DNA from: Sedimentisphaerales bacterium
Lineage (GTDB): Bacteria > Planctomycetota > Phycisphaerae > Sedimentisphaerales > Anaerobacaceae
Reading direction: 5' to 3'
DNA: 64,000 bases
NCBI GenBank assembly: GCA_963814265.1
Contig: CAWFCJ010000043.1
Location: forward strand, 32,338 to 96,337
Under the pieces are notes generated by a model. The model was not told where the DNA came from, did not search any database, and saw only the letters and a list, made by a program, of their open reading frames with translations. Positions 46,952 through 55,818 of the stretch are shown here, piece by piece. Position 1 is the stretch's first letter. Each line of letters begins with the position of its first letter. Position numbers and translations under genes: made by a program.

Positions 46952-48586
46952 ATGAAAAGGTTCAGAATTGTCGTGGTAGTTCTTGTTTGCTGGATTTTAC
47001 ATCTGGGTAGTAATCTGGCGGGGCCCCAGACACCAAATATAGTGCCCAGCCAGCACAGGCTTAATGTAGTTGTCGATGCCAGGCTTGAGCTTTTGGCAGT
47101 AGTACAATTATTAAGCAATTACGGTGAACGCCTCGGATTGATCACTCGATACGATTTCCCATATAAGCGCGATGTTGTAGAGTATTTCTCACCATATAAA
47201 AACCATCGCGCAGTGCAATTGTTCGCAGAGATGAGTAAGAGCGGTTTCAGCTTTGACGCCCCTCCTGCGGCTATGCTTTATCTTTCAGACCCGCCGGACC
47301 TGAATGCACAATTGCCTTTCACTGACTATCTAAGTAGAAGAGCCGGAGGCCAGAAACGTCTGAGCCAGTTTGTTACCTGCCTGCGTGATTTTGCCAACCA
47401 GACGAAGTTTATGGAGTTTTATAAATCACACCAAGGAGTCTATCAGCAGATCGTTACTAACGCATGGATGAAAATGGAAAGTGTCGATTATATTGGGACA
47501 TTAGAGAGTTACTATGGCATGAAACACCACAGCTACAATATCATTCTTGTTCCCTTATTTGTCGGCGGCTACGGTCACCGCGTGGAAAGGGCCGACGGCG
47601 CCTGTGACATCTATGATATCTGTGGGCCAATGAATATAGAGGATAATTTGCCGGTGTTTGGCACGGCAGAGAGCTTTAGAGACCTGGCCTGGCATGAATT
47701 TGGCCACTCCTTTATTGTCCCGACCATGAATAAGATTCACAGCGACATCGCTAAGTACTCATCCCTTTACGAGCCCATCTCGGATAAGATGAAGAAACAG
47801 GCTTACGCAAACTGGGAGATATGCGTCAATGAGCATCTCGTGCGAGCAGTGGCTGCCAGACTCGCTTATCACCAGATAGGCAAGGAAGCAGCGGAAAAAA
47901 CCCTTATATATGAGAGGACAAGAGGATTTTTTTATGTCGAGGCTCTTTGCAAACAACTTGAGAAATATGAGAACGAGCGTAACAAATATCGAACATTTGC
48001 GGATTTTTCTCCGGAGCTAATTGACGTTTTCAAAGAGCTATCGGAAAAGAAATTGGGCAGCGAGTTTTACTCTGTCCCATTCACCGGGACCATCAACGCC
48101 GTCGTTTCGGACAACAAAGCTGTTGTCCTAATCGTACCCACTAACGAAAACAACAAGACCATTCAAGACAAAATCCACGCCTACATCACGGCGATTCGTG
48201 ACAAATTCTTCAAAGACTCACCCATATTGACCGACAAAGAGGCTCTCAAGAAGGACTTATCAGGCAATTCTTTGGTTGTTTACGGCACACCGGCAGGAAA
48301 CATCTGGCTGTCAAAACATATTACTGAGCTGCCCGTTCGTATTGCATCCGATCAGATTACGGCAGAGACCGCTTATCCAGGTGAGCACTTGCGGTTTATT
48401 TCAGCCTGGCCGAATCCGCAGAACCCTAAAAAAGGAATTGTGCTTTATACAGCCCAGCAGGCTGAGGATGTGATGGACATCAATTCTGTTTTTCACGGGC
48501 CTACGGACTACGTGATCGCAAAAGGCAAAGAAATTCTGAAATCCGCAGACTATAATAGACAAAGTCAGCCCTGGACTTTCAAATAA
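46952..48586 (+). CDS. DUF4932-like secreted protein with an HExxH (HEFGH) metallopeptidase motif
   Basis: Signal peptide, then ELLAVVQLLSNY..YDFPYKRDV..YKNHRAVQLF and AWHEFGHSFIVP. The gene is lower in GC than its neighbours by eye. Confidence 0.65.
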   Translation: MKRFRIVVVVLVCWILHLGSNLAGPQTPNIVPSQHRLNVVVDARLELLAVVQLLSNYGERLGLITRYDFPYKRDVVEYFSPYKNHRAVQLFAEMSKSGFSFDAPPAAMLYLSDPPDLNAQLPFTDYLSRRAGGQKRLSQFVTCLRDFANQTKFMEFYKSHQGVYQQIVTNAWMKMESVDYIGTLESYYGMKHHSYNIILVPLFVGGYGHRVERADGACDIYDICGPMNIEDNLPVFGTAESFRDLAWHEFGHSFIVPTMNKIHSDIAKYSSLYEPISDKMKKQAYANWEICVNEHLVRAVAARLAYHQIGKEAAEKTLIYERTRGFFYVEALCKQLEKYENERNKYRTFADFSPELIDVFKELSEKKLGSEFYSVPFTGTINAVVSDNKAVVLIVPTNENNKTIQDKIHAYITAIRDKFFKDSPILTDKEALKKDLSGNSLVVYGTPAGNIWLSKHITELPVRIASDQITAETAYPGEHLRFISAWPNPQNPKKGIVLYTAQQAEDVMDINSVFHGPTDYVIAKGKEILKSADYNRQSQPWTFK

Positions 48587-48658
48587 CAAAAAATAGAACA
48601 GAAAACATCAGGCACGTTAGCTGCGCTGTTATTCGAATTTCACGGCAAAATTTGCCCA

Positions 48659-49579
48659 TTAACTCCATTGCTCTATCGGTTTTCTCAGGCGAGCCATCCA
48701 TCTTGGCGTATGCGTCAACCAATTCCAGAAGCGCCGTGCCGGCTCAACCTGCCCGTACCGGTGCGCAACATTAACAATTGCCGCGTCAAGACCGTACTCC
48801 ATCGCCTTTGCAACGTAAGCCCTGCAAATACCGATCTTCCGCCCCGGCAAATCTCGGACACAGTTGCTTACGCCGAGCACACAATGAACCCCCCGCATAT
48901 CCGGGTCAGTCCTTATCCTTTTTATTGTTTCAAATGTTCGGTAAGTGTAGCCTGGCACGCCCGGCTGCATAGGCATGTCGATCGCCAGCGGAAAAACCAT
49001 TGGGTCGAAGAAAATCTCCTCGCTTTTGAAGCCGTATTGCCCAACCGCCACATGGAAAATCTGCTTTGCCAGCTCGTGCAACTCAGCGACCGAACTTGAC
49101 ACGCCCGGACCAGCAGAGGCTTTTTCGCTGAGCAAAAGCCCGACGAAGGCAAAATCAAAATCCTTCTTCAGCAGCAGGATTTTATCCGCAGTATAAATCT
49201 TCACCGAGTTTACAAGTGGGGGCTTGACGCGCTGGGCAGTATTATGCCACTCTTTTAGGCCGGCTATCAGAACATCGTCGTTACTGCTGTCGATACAAAC
49301 CGGCACGCCCCCGCCCCACTTTCGTACCGCCGGGACATACTCGCGCATCATATCAACAGCGACCTGGGGCTCGTCTTCGCCAAACGCGTCAAGATTAACC
49401 GCTATATAATTCGCGCCATCACGGGCCTGCGATTTAACCAAGGCTCTAATGTAGTCGAACTGTTTGCTGGGGGCGGAATACGCATCTGTGCCCAGCTTAC
49501 TTAGCTGCTTCATTATCGTGCCCGTTTCCGGGATAGAGGCGTGGAGCGATTCGCCAATAGTGATTAGCTGCCGTTTCAT
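48659..49579 (-). CDS. Pterin-binding (DHPS-like) methyltetrahydrofolate methyltransferase family protein; C-terminus possibly frameshifted
   Basis: LITIGESLHASIP, ANYIAVNLDAFGED, VPVCIDSSN and VLGVSNCVR. An alternative frame after about 48710 reads ALLELVDAYAKMDGSPEKTDRAMELM, which looks more native than the track C-terminus. Confidence 0.7.
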   Translation of the reverse strand: MKRQLITIGESLHASIPETGTIMKQLSKLGTDAYSAPSKQFDYIRALVKSQARDGANYIAVNLDAFGEDEPQVAVDMMREYVPAVRKWGGGVPVCIDSSNDDVLIAGLKEWHNTAQRVKPPLVNSVKIYTADKILLLKKDFDFAFVGLLLSEKASAGPGVSSSVAELHELAKQIFHVAVGQYGFKSEEIFFDPMVFPLAIDMPMQPGVPGYTYRTFETIKRIRTDPDMRGVHCVLGVSNCVRDLPGRKIGICRAYVAKAMEYGLDAAIVNVAHRYGQVEPARRFWNWLTHTPRWMARLRKPIEQWS

Positions 49580-49697
49580 AATGCTGATTGTACAGAAACC
49601 AAAGTCTTATAGCAACCGCTGACCAAGTCGGCAGTAAGATGTAGTCTGCTACCTGTGTGTTTCAACTTTCCGTGCCCTCCGCATCTGATAGCTGTAA

Positions 49698-49952
49698 TGT
49701 GGATAACTTGTTGACAACTCAGGATTTATCGGCACAAATTGCTCTTTCCTGTGCTGGATATGCTTTCGCAGAACTCCAGAGCGGTCTTTCGCCCGCACAG
49801 ACAGATCGTAACTGCTTTGCCAAAAAGCGGTTACATTAACCATGCAGGACGCTGATAACGCTAAGGCGGAATTCTTTGTTCAAAAGAGCTTGGATGCCAG
49901 AATCTGCCAAAACCTGCAACACTTTATCGACAAATCAGGCCGTTGTGGATAA
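49698..49952. promoter_or_regulatory. Cluster of DnaA-box-like 9-mers
   Basis: Perfect TGTGGATAA (the complement of TTATCCACA) at 49698-49706 and 49944-49952. TTATCGACA at 49924-49932 has one mismatch. TTATCGGCA at 49726-49734 has two mismatches. Confidence 0.4.
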
Positions 49953-50180
49953 TGTGTAGAAAACCTTACCTGAATGTACAGATAAACCAGATTTTGTCTG
50001 GCTCAAAGCTTCGTCTCGCGGCAGTCAATTTAGCCGCATTTTTTACACATTTTAGGCATTATTCGCCGCTTACTCGATGCTTCTGGCCTCTGGAATAAAC
50101 TTGGGCGTAGGGCGTTTTCCTGGTAAAATGCCTGGTCAGCCCGGGAGCGACCGGCCCGGTTTAGCCCTGCGGACGACGGT

Positions 50181-50260
50181 ATTTAGCCCCGCAATCCTTC
50201 GACCCGGCTCAGGCCCGCCCCGAGCAAGGCCGAGGGGACAGGTTTATTGCGGGGTTGGCC
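50181..50260. repeat. Hairpin repeat (ATTTAGCCCCGCAA..TTGCGGGGTT) carrying an inserted 'PVLSxVEG'-type palindromic unit in its loop
   Basis: atttagccccgcaa (50181-50194) is identical to 11441-11454. aatccttcgacccggctcagg (50193-50213) is identical to 11401-11421. An imperfect partner arm ccccgagcaaggccgagggg follows, then ttattgcggggtt. Confidence 0.6.
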
Positions 50261-50274
50261 CGCAACGAGTGTGG

Positions 50275-51438
50275 ATGCAAGACGAGGAACAAACAAAGAT
50301 GGTTGGAGTTGCTTGTAAGCCGAACACTCAAGAGAAGCTGGAGCTGCTCAGTGCCGATGCCCAGTATGATCTGGCTTGCGCGTGCGGCTGTAGCAAAAGT
50401 GAACATCGCCGGCGAAGCGACCAGGGCAAATGGATTTATCCGGTAACACTTCCAAATGGCGGCAGGAGCATACTGTTTAAGACATTGATTTCGAATGTCT
50501 GCACCAATGATTGCAAATACTGCCCGCTCCGAGAAGATATGGATATCCGCCGATGCAGTTTAGGGCCAGACGAGACGGCAAGAGTATTTCTGGATTATTA
50601 TCATCAGCGGAAGGTTTTTGGGCTATTTTTGAGTTCGGGCGTTTTGGGCTCGCCTGATGCGACTATGGACAGGCTCAACGCAACTGCACATATCTTACGA
50701 AAAAAGTACCAGTTCAAAGGATATGTTCACCTGAAAATTATTCCAGGCGCTAGTGATGCGGCGATAGAACAGGCGCTTTCACTGGCAAGTGCCGTCTCAC
50801 TGAACATCGAAACGCCGGGCGAAAAGTACCTGGCAAAGCTGTCCGGCAAGAAAAAATATATTCCCGACATAATCGAGCCTATGAAGCTCATTAGCAGACT
50901 GACCGCCGCCGGGTCAAAATACCAGCGGACAAAGCAAACAACGCAATTCATCGTGGGGGCGGCCGGCGAATCGGATGCGGAAATCGTAAAGTATGTTTGG
51001 GCTTTGTACGACAGGCTGAAGATGCACCGAGTATATTTCAGCGCCTATCAAAAAGGCTTGGGGGATGCATCCATAGCCGGCGAACAGACCGGCCTGCAGA
51101 AACCAGCGGATGTTTTTATGCGCGAGCATCGGCTGTACCAGGTGGACTTTCTGTTTCGCAAATATGGCTTTGGGGAATCGGACATTATTCTGGATAATAA
51201 TAGAAATCTGCCCCTGACCATTGATCCGAAAGAGGCGTGGGCAATGCGAAATCCGGATGTGTTTCCGGTAGATATAAACCGGGCGTCGCTCTTTGAGCTT
51301 CTGAGAGTGCCGGGCCTTGGGCCGGTAACCGTAAAGCAGATTGTGCAACAGCGAAAAACCGCAAGGATACAACGAATCGAGGACGTAGGCAAAGCCGGAC
51401 TTAGACTGGAAAAAGCGGCAAAGTACCTGACTTTTTGA
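50275..51438 (+). CDS. Putative DNA modification/repair radical SAM protein (TIGR03916-like) with a C-terminal helix-hairpin-helix
   Basis: EKLELLSADAQYDLACA, the radical-SAM cluster CTNDCKYC and the HhH LLRVPGLGPVTVKQIV. The start is 50275 or 50299. The track ORF upstream of that translates a repeat element. Confidence 0.75.
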   Translation: MQDEEQTKMVGVACKPNTQEKLELLSADAQYDLACACGCSKSEHRRRSDQGKWIYPVTLPNGGRSILFKTLISNVCTNDCKYCPLREDMDIRRCSLGPDETARVFLDYYHQRKVFGLFLSSGVLGSPDATMDRLNATAHILRKKYQFKGYVHLKIIPGASDAAIEQALSLASAVSLNIETPGEKYLAKLSGKKKYIPDIIEPMKLISRLTAAGSKYQRTKQTTQFIVGAAGESDAEIVKYVWALYDRLKMHRVYFSAYQKGLGDASIAGEQTGLQKPADVFMREHRLYQVDFLFRKYGFGESDIILDNNRNLPLTIDPKEAWAMRNPDVFPVDINRASLFELLRVPGLGPVTVKQIVQQRKTARIQRIEDVGKAGLRLEKAAKYLTF

Positions 51439-51466
51439 ACTTCAACTTTTCTCGTCAAGAATCGGT

Positions 51467-52063
51467 ATGAGCGATTTAGCAGCCTTTCTTAGTACTAATT
51501 TGTATGCGTGGTTTATCCTGCCGGTACTAATATTTCTCGCCAGGATTGCGGACGTCAGCATAGGCACGGTACGACTGATATTTGTATCCAGAGGATTCAA
51601 ATATCTTGCCCCTTTGGTAGGCTTTTTTGAGGTCCTAATCTGGCTTCTGGCTATTGGCCAGATTATGAAGAATCTGTCCAACCCTGTCTGTTACATCGCC
51701 TACGCCGGCGGGTTTGCCACAGGCAACTATGTCGGTATGTGGCTGGCTGAGAAATTATCCTTGGGGTTGGTGCTGATACGCGTGGTCAGCAACAAGGATG
51801 CTCTGCCGCTGATGGAATTTTTCAAATCGCAGGACTATGGGGCCACCAGCATTGACGGGCATGGAACCACTGGCCAGGTAAAAGTAGTCTTCACCATTGT
51901 GCCCCGCCGGGAAGTGCAGCGCGTTGTCGATTTGATCAGAAAATTTGACCCGCAGGCATTTTACTCGATAGAAGAAGTTCGCCATGTTGAGAAGGGAGTA
52001 TTTCCTGTCAGAAAGAATTGGCTCAATCTAAGCTGGTTAGGGCTATTTCGAAAAGGCGAGTGA
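51467..52063 (+). CDS. UPF0316 / DUF2179 family membrane protein
   Basis: ILPVLIFLARIADVSIGTVRLIFVSRG, with a C-terminal DUF2179-like ..GATSIDGHGTTGQVKVVFTIVPRREV.. Confidence 0.8.
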   Translation: MSDLAAFLSTNLYAWFILPVLIFLARIADVSIGTVRLIFVSRGFKYLAPLVGFFEVLIWLLAIGQIMKNLSNPVCYIAYAGGFATGNYVGMWLAEKLSLGLVLIRVVSNKDALPLMEFFKSQDYGATSIDGHGTTGQVKVVFTIVPRREVQRVVDLIRKFDPQAFYSIEEVRHVEKGVFPVRKNWLNLSWLGLFRKGE

Positions 52064-52238
52064 ATCAACTTTTCTGGCTCTGATCTGGCGGTCAGAGGCT
52101 TTTGTACCGGCCAAACACAGTACTGACTGAGCACCACCACCAATTTGGGGAAATTTGTTGCAATCTGCGCTGTCGGTTGTTAGTATTCCGCTGAAACCAG
52201 TTATGTTTGAAATCTGTCGCCGGGGCAAGGTTTTAGAA

Positions 52239-52535
52239 ATGGCTGAGCCAACCGGAAGTGGTGCTAAAGGCGGAAAAGCCGCTGCCAGCAAAGAGATTCG
52301 GGACTTTGTAGATGGCCTGAGCGACGAGCATCGTATGCTGGTTGTCCTCAAGGCGCAATTGTATGATGGCGCGTGGGAGGCAATGCTGGACGACCTGCGA
52401 AATCGCTTGGCCGGCAAGCCTTACATATTTAAGCTGGTTAACCGAATACAGGACGACATAAAGCGAATTGAACAGATGCAGAAATTCGAGGCTGAGCAGC
52501 ATATTGATCTGGCTAACTACGTGGAGCTGCGGTGA
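52239..52535 (+). CDS. Hypothetical protein (98 aa)
   Basis: ATG at 52239. The helical, charged sequence ..LVVLKAQLYDGAWEAMLDDLRNRL.. matches no family I recognise. Confidence 0.45.
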   Translation: MAEPTGSGAKGGKAAASKEIRDFVDGLSDEHRMLVVLKAQLYDGAWEAMLDDLRNRLAGKPYIFKLVNRIQDDIKRIEQMQKFEAEQHIDLANYVELR

Positions 52536-52548
52536 CCTTTTTGAGGGT

Positions 52549-53688
52549 ATGAAAATGCTCAGAGAAGGGCGATGTGCACTATTCTTTACAGTGGGGCTGT
52601 TGGTTTTGTCTGCGGCAGCCGAAAACTTGGCGGCAAACGATGATTCGCACTGGCTTGTTTCCCCTGAGTTGCTCAAGCAAGCCAACCTGAAAGTAACGTG
52701 GCAAAATCAACTGCCGCTTAAAAAGGGCGAGGCCCTGGAGCGTCTGCTCCTTCGGGATAATTATATATACGCCCTCTCCGACAAGAATTTCCTGGCGTGT
52801 CTGGACAGGCAAAAGGGCAGCATAACATTTGCCCGGCCGATTGCGCCGCCTGGTTTTGTCGTGCTCGGCCTCGATCTCTATAAAGGTGACATTATATCCA
52901 TAATCGGCGACAACATCGTCGAGCTTGATTCCCGATTGGGCACTGAACGTAGGACCTGGCGGTCGGAACTTGCCGTAACGTGTCCGCCGGCTCGCAACAG
53001 CTCATTTTTCTACCTGGCGGGCACCGACCGGCGTTTGCACGCGCTGCACGCCGATAACAGGGTTCAGGTCTTCGCGGTGGCTGCCAAGAACGACTCGATG
53101 ATTACTTCGATTATCGCAGATGACAAGTTCGTCATCTTTGGGACCGATGCCGGTAACGTGATAGGCGTTGCGCCGGACAAGCCTTATCAACTGTGGCAAT
53201 TTGATGCTGGCGGTGCCATCGCCGGGCCGATAGTCCGAGACGGGATGTCGTTGTTCTTTGCCAGCAAGGATACAAACCTTTACAGGCTCGACATTGTTGA
53301 CACGTTTGTGACAAACCTCGCCTGGAAGCAGCAAATGCCGGGAATCCTCCAGAAAGAGCCGCGTGTTACTGCTGCGGCTGTCTATCAGCCTGTCCTGAGC
53401 GGAGTCGAAGGATATGCCGGAAGTGAGGGCTTGACGGCAGTAAACAAACAGAGCGGCAAGTTTATGTGGTCGCTGAAAGAAGGTGCTGACTTGCTGGCGG
53501 AGGCGGCAGGAAAGGCTTATGTTATCACAAACAAGAGAACCCTGGCGGTAATGGACAATGGCAACGCAAAGAAGTTGTGTGTGGTGAATTTCGCGGACGT
53601 CTCAAAACACGCGACCAATACGACGGATTCAAAGATTTATATTGCTGATAAACGTGGCCTGGTTGCTTGTTTAGAACCAATTGAATAG
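52549..53688 (+). CDS. PQQ-like / BamB-like beta-propeller repeat protein (secreted)
   Basis: Signal peptide MKMLREGRCALFFTVGLLVLSAAA. Repeats of the type 'YALSDKNFLACLDRQKG', 'FYLAGTDRRLHAL', 'VIFGTDAGNV', 'LFFASKDTNLYRLD' and 'IYIADKRGLVACLE'. Confidence 0.7.
   Translation: MKMLREGRCALFFTVGLLVLSAAAENLAANDDSHWLVSPELLKQANLKVTWQNQLPLKKGEALERLLLRDNYIYALSDKNFLACLDRQKGSITFARPIAPPGFVVLGLDLYKGDIISIIGDNIVELDSRLGTERRTWRSELAVTCPPARNSSFFYLAGTDRRLHALHADNRVQVFAVAAKNDSMITSIIADDKFVIFGTDAGNVIGVAPDKPYQLWQFDAGGAIAGPIVRDGMSLFFASKDTNLYRLDIVDTFVTNLAWKQQMPGILQKEPRVTAAAVYQPVLSGVEGYAGSEGLTAVNKQSGKFMWSLKEGADLLAEAAGKAYVITNKRTLAVMDNGNAKKLCVVNFADVSKHATNTTDSKIYIADKRGLVACLEPIE
53388..53411. repeat. Copy of the 'PVLSxVEG' unit arm lying in frame inside the beta-propeller CDS
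   Basis: CCTGTCCTGAGCGGAGTCGAAGGA is translated as PVLSGVEG. Confidence 0.55.
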
Positions 53689-53737
53689 AAAAGCCATGTT
53701 GACCGCATTATTAGGAAAAGATGGAGAAGGAGTTCAA

Positions 53738-55347
53738 ATGGATGTGAAAATTAAAACGGCATTGATAAGTGTTTCGGACAAGAGCGGTGTAGTGGATTTG
53801 CCAAGAAGCTGAGCGAGATGGGGGTAAAGATAATCAGCACCGGCGGCACCGCCAAAAAACTTGCTGAGGCCGGCATAAACGTTGTTGGTATTGAGTCGGT
53901 TACGGGCTTTCCGGAAATGATGGATGGCAGAGTCAAAACGCTCCATCCCAAGATACACGGAGCTCTGCTGGGACTGCGGGACAAGCCTGAACATAAGGCG
54001 GCGATGCAGAAACACAATATTGAGCCGATCGACTTGGTCTGCGTGAATCTTTATCCGTTCGAGCAGACCATTGCCAAGCCGGACTGCACCTTGGAAGATG
54101 CGATTGAGAACATCGATATTGGCGGGCCGAGTATGCTTCGCTCGGCGGCCAAAAACCATAAGTTCGTTACTGTGGTGACACAAGTCAGCCAGTATGGCAA
54201 AGTCATCGAAGAAATGCGAAAAAACGGCGGCGCGGTGAGCGAACAATTTCGCAGCGATTTTGCACGGACGGCCTTCGAGCTGACTGCTTCGTATGACGCC
54301 GCCATTGCAAAATATCTGGCCGGCCGGGCAGGCGTAGACTATCCGGAAAGGGTCTCAATCGCGCTGACAAAAGCGGCATCGCTGCGGTACGGTGAAAACC
54401 CCCACCAGACCGCGGCGTTCTATAAGCTGCCGCCGAGCGGCGAACCATCGGTCTGCAGCGCAAATTTGTTAGTGGGCGAGGTCGACATCAGCTTTAACAA
54501 CATCTTAGATGCCAACGCGGCCTTCGAGCTGGTCAAGGAATTTGAAGAGCCGGCGGCCGTGGTGGTTAAGCACCTTAATCCGTGCGGCTGTGCCGTCGAT
54601 GAAGATATTCTGGTCGCATACCGCAAGGCCTATGAAGGTGACGTGACAAGCGCGTTCGGCGGCATTATTGCTCTCAATAGGAGCGTTGACGTCGAGCTAG
54701 CCCGAACGATTATGGAGTCCTACAGTCGATTTGGCAAAGCGCTGGGGGCTGAGGGTTTCTTCGCCGAGGTGATCGTCGCCCCGCAATTCGAGCAGGAGGC
54801 TATTGAGATAATAAGGACGCTGAAAAGCTGGGGCAGCAGAGTTCGGCTGCTGCAGACCGGGCCTATCGACAGAAAAAAGATTGACCGCGGCGAATACGAT
54901 GCTCGCTGCGTGATTGGTGGAATGCTCCTTCAGCAGAGGGATTTAGCTGGTTGGGAGCCGGACCAATTGACGTATCCGACAAAGGCCAGGCCGACCGCCG
55001 ACCAGCTTGCGGATTTGAGGATGGCCTGGCTTACCGCCAAGCACACCAAGAGCAACACCATAGTGCTGGTCAAGAACAAAAAGATTATCGGCGTAGGAGC
55101 CGGACAAATGAACAGGGTCGAGTCCGGCCTGATCGCCTTCAGGCATGCCGGCAAAGAGGCTAAGGGCTGCGCTATGGCATCCGATGCGTTCTTCCCGTTC
55201 GCCGACAACGTTGAAAATGCCGCTGAGGCGGGCGTAGCTTGCATTGTTCAGCCGGGTGGCTCGAAGAAGGACGATGAGGTCATCGCCGCCGCCGACAAGC
55301 ACGGCATCGCTATGGTCTTTACCGGCAAAAGACACTTTAAGCACTAA
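53738..55347 (+). CDS. purH: Bifunctional AICAR transformylase / IMP cyclohydrolase PurH; one frameshift near the 5' end
   Basis: GGAGAAGGAG RBS, then ATG at 53738 gives [20 protein letters not shown]. Adding one T to the T-run near 53795 joins it to [36 protein letters not shown].. (track ORF 53818-55347). Confidence 0.9.
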
Positions 55348-55366
55348 GAGAAAGAGGTTACAGGCT

Positions 55367-55579
55367 ATGCGGTATAGAATTCTGATAGAGCAGGATGAAG
55401 AGGGAATATTTGTCGCGGAATGTCCTTCTTTACCCGGATGTATTTCGCAGGGAAAAAGTCGAAGAGAAGCGCTCCAAAATATTGGTGATGCTATTAGAGG
55501 ATATTTGGAGAGCTTAAAGAAGCACAACGAGCCCATTCCGCCATCAATTGAAGAAGAGATTATTGAGGTGGCAATTTGA
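55367..55579 (+). CDS. hicB: HicB-family antitoxin (UPF0150)
   Basis: MRYRILIEQDEEGIFVAECPSLPGCISQGKSRREALQNIGDAIRGYLE is the typical HicB N-domain. 70 aa. Confidence 0.85.
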   Translation: MRYRILIEQDEEGIFVAECPSLPGCISQGKSRREALQNIGDAIRGYLESLKKHNEPIPPSIEEEIIEVAI

Positions 55580-55806
55580 CGAAATTACCCGTCCTCTCGG
55601 GCAAACAGGCGTGCAAGGCGCTGGAAAAGATTGGTTATTCAGTGGACCATCAGACGGGCAGCCATATCATTCTCAGGCAGGAAAGTCCACCTCACCGGAG
55701 ATTGACTGTGCCTGACCACAAAGAAATTGCGAAAGGTACTTTGCGGGCTATCATCCGACAAACTGGATTAACTCTGGACGAATTCAAGGAGTTGACATCC
55801 CGCTAA
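55576..55806 (+). CDS. hicA: HicA-family mRNA interferase toxin
   Basis: LSGKQACKALEKIGYSVDHQTGSHIILR. TTG start overlapping the hicB stop. 76 aa. Confidence 0.85.
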   Translation: MTKLPVLSGKQACKALEKIGYSVDHQTGSHIILRQESPPHRRLTVPDHKEIAKGTLRAIIRQTGLTLDEFKELTSR

Positions 55807-55818
55807 AATGGCATAAAT

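Noticed and set aside
46952-48586. The DUF4932-like gene as a horizontally acquired island, because it looks AT-richer.
   Set aside because: There are no flanking repeats, integrase or tRNA, and the neighbouring genes are tightly packed. The compositional impression is by eye only and modest.
50077-50274. An upstream extension of the radical SAM ORF (MLLASGINLG..).
   Set aside because: It translates straight through the dispersed hairpin and repeat element at 50181-50260. The family N-terminus (..EKLELLSADAQYDLACA) starts just after the ATG at 50275/50299.
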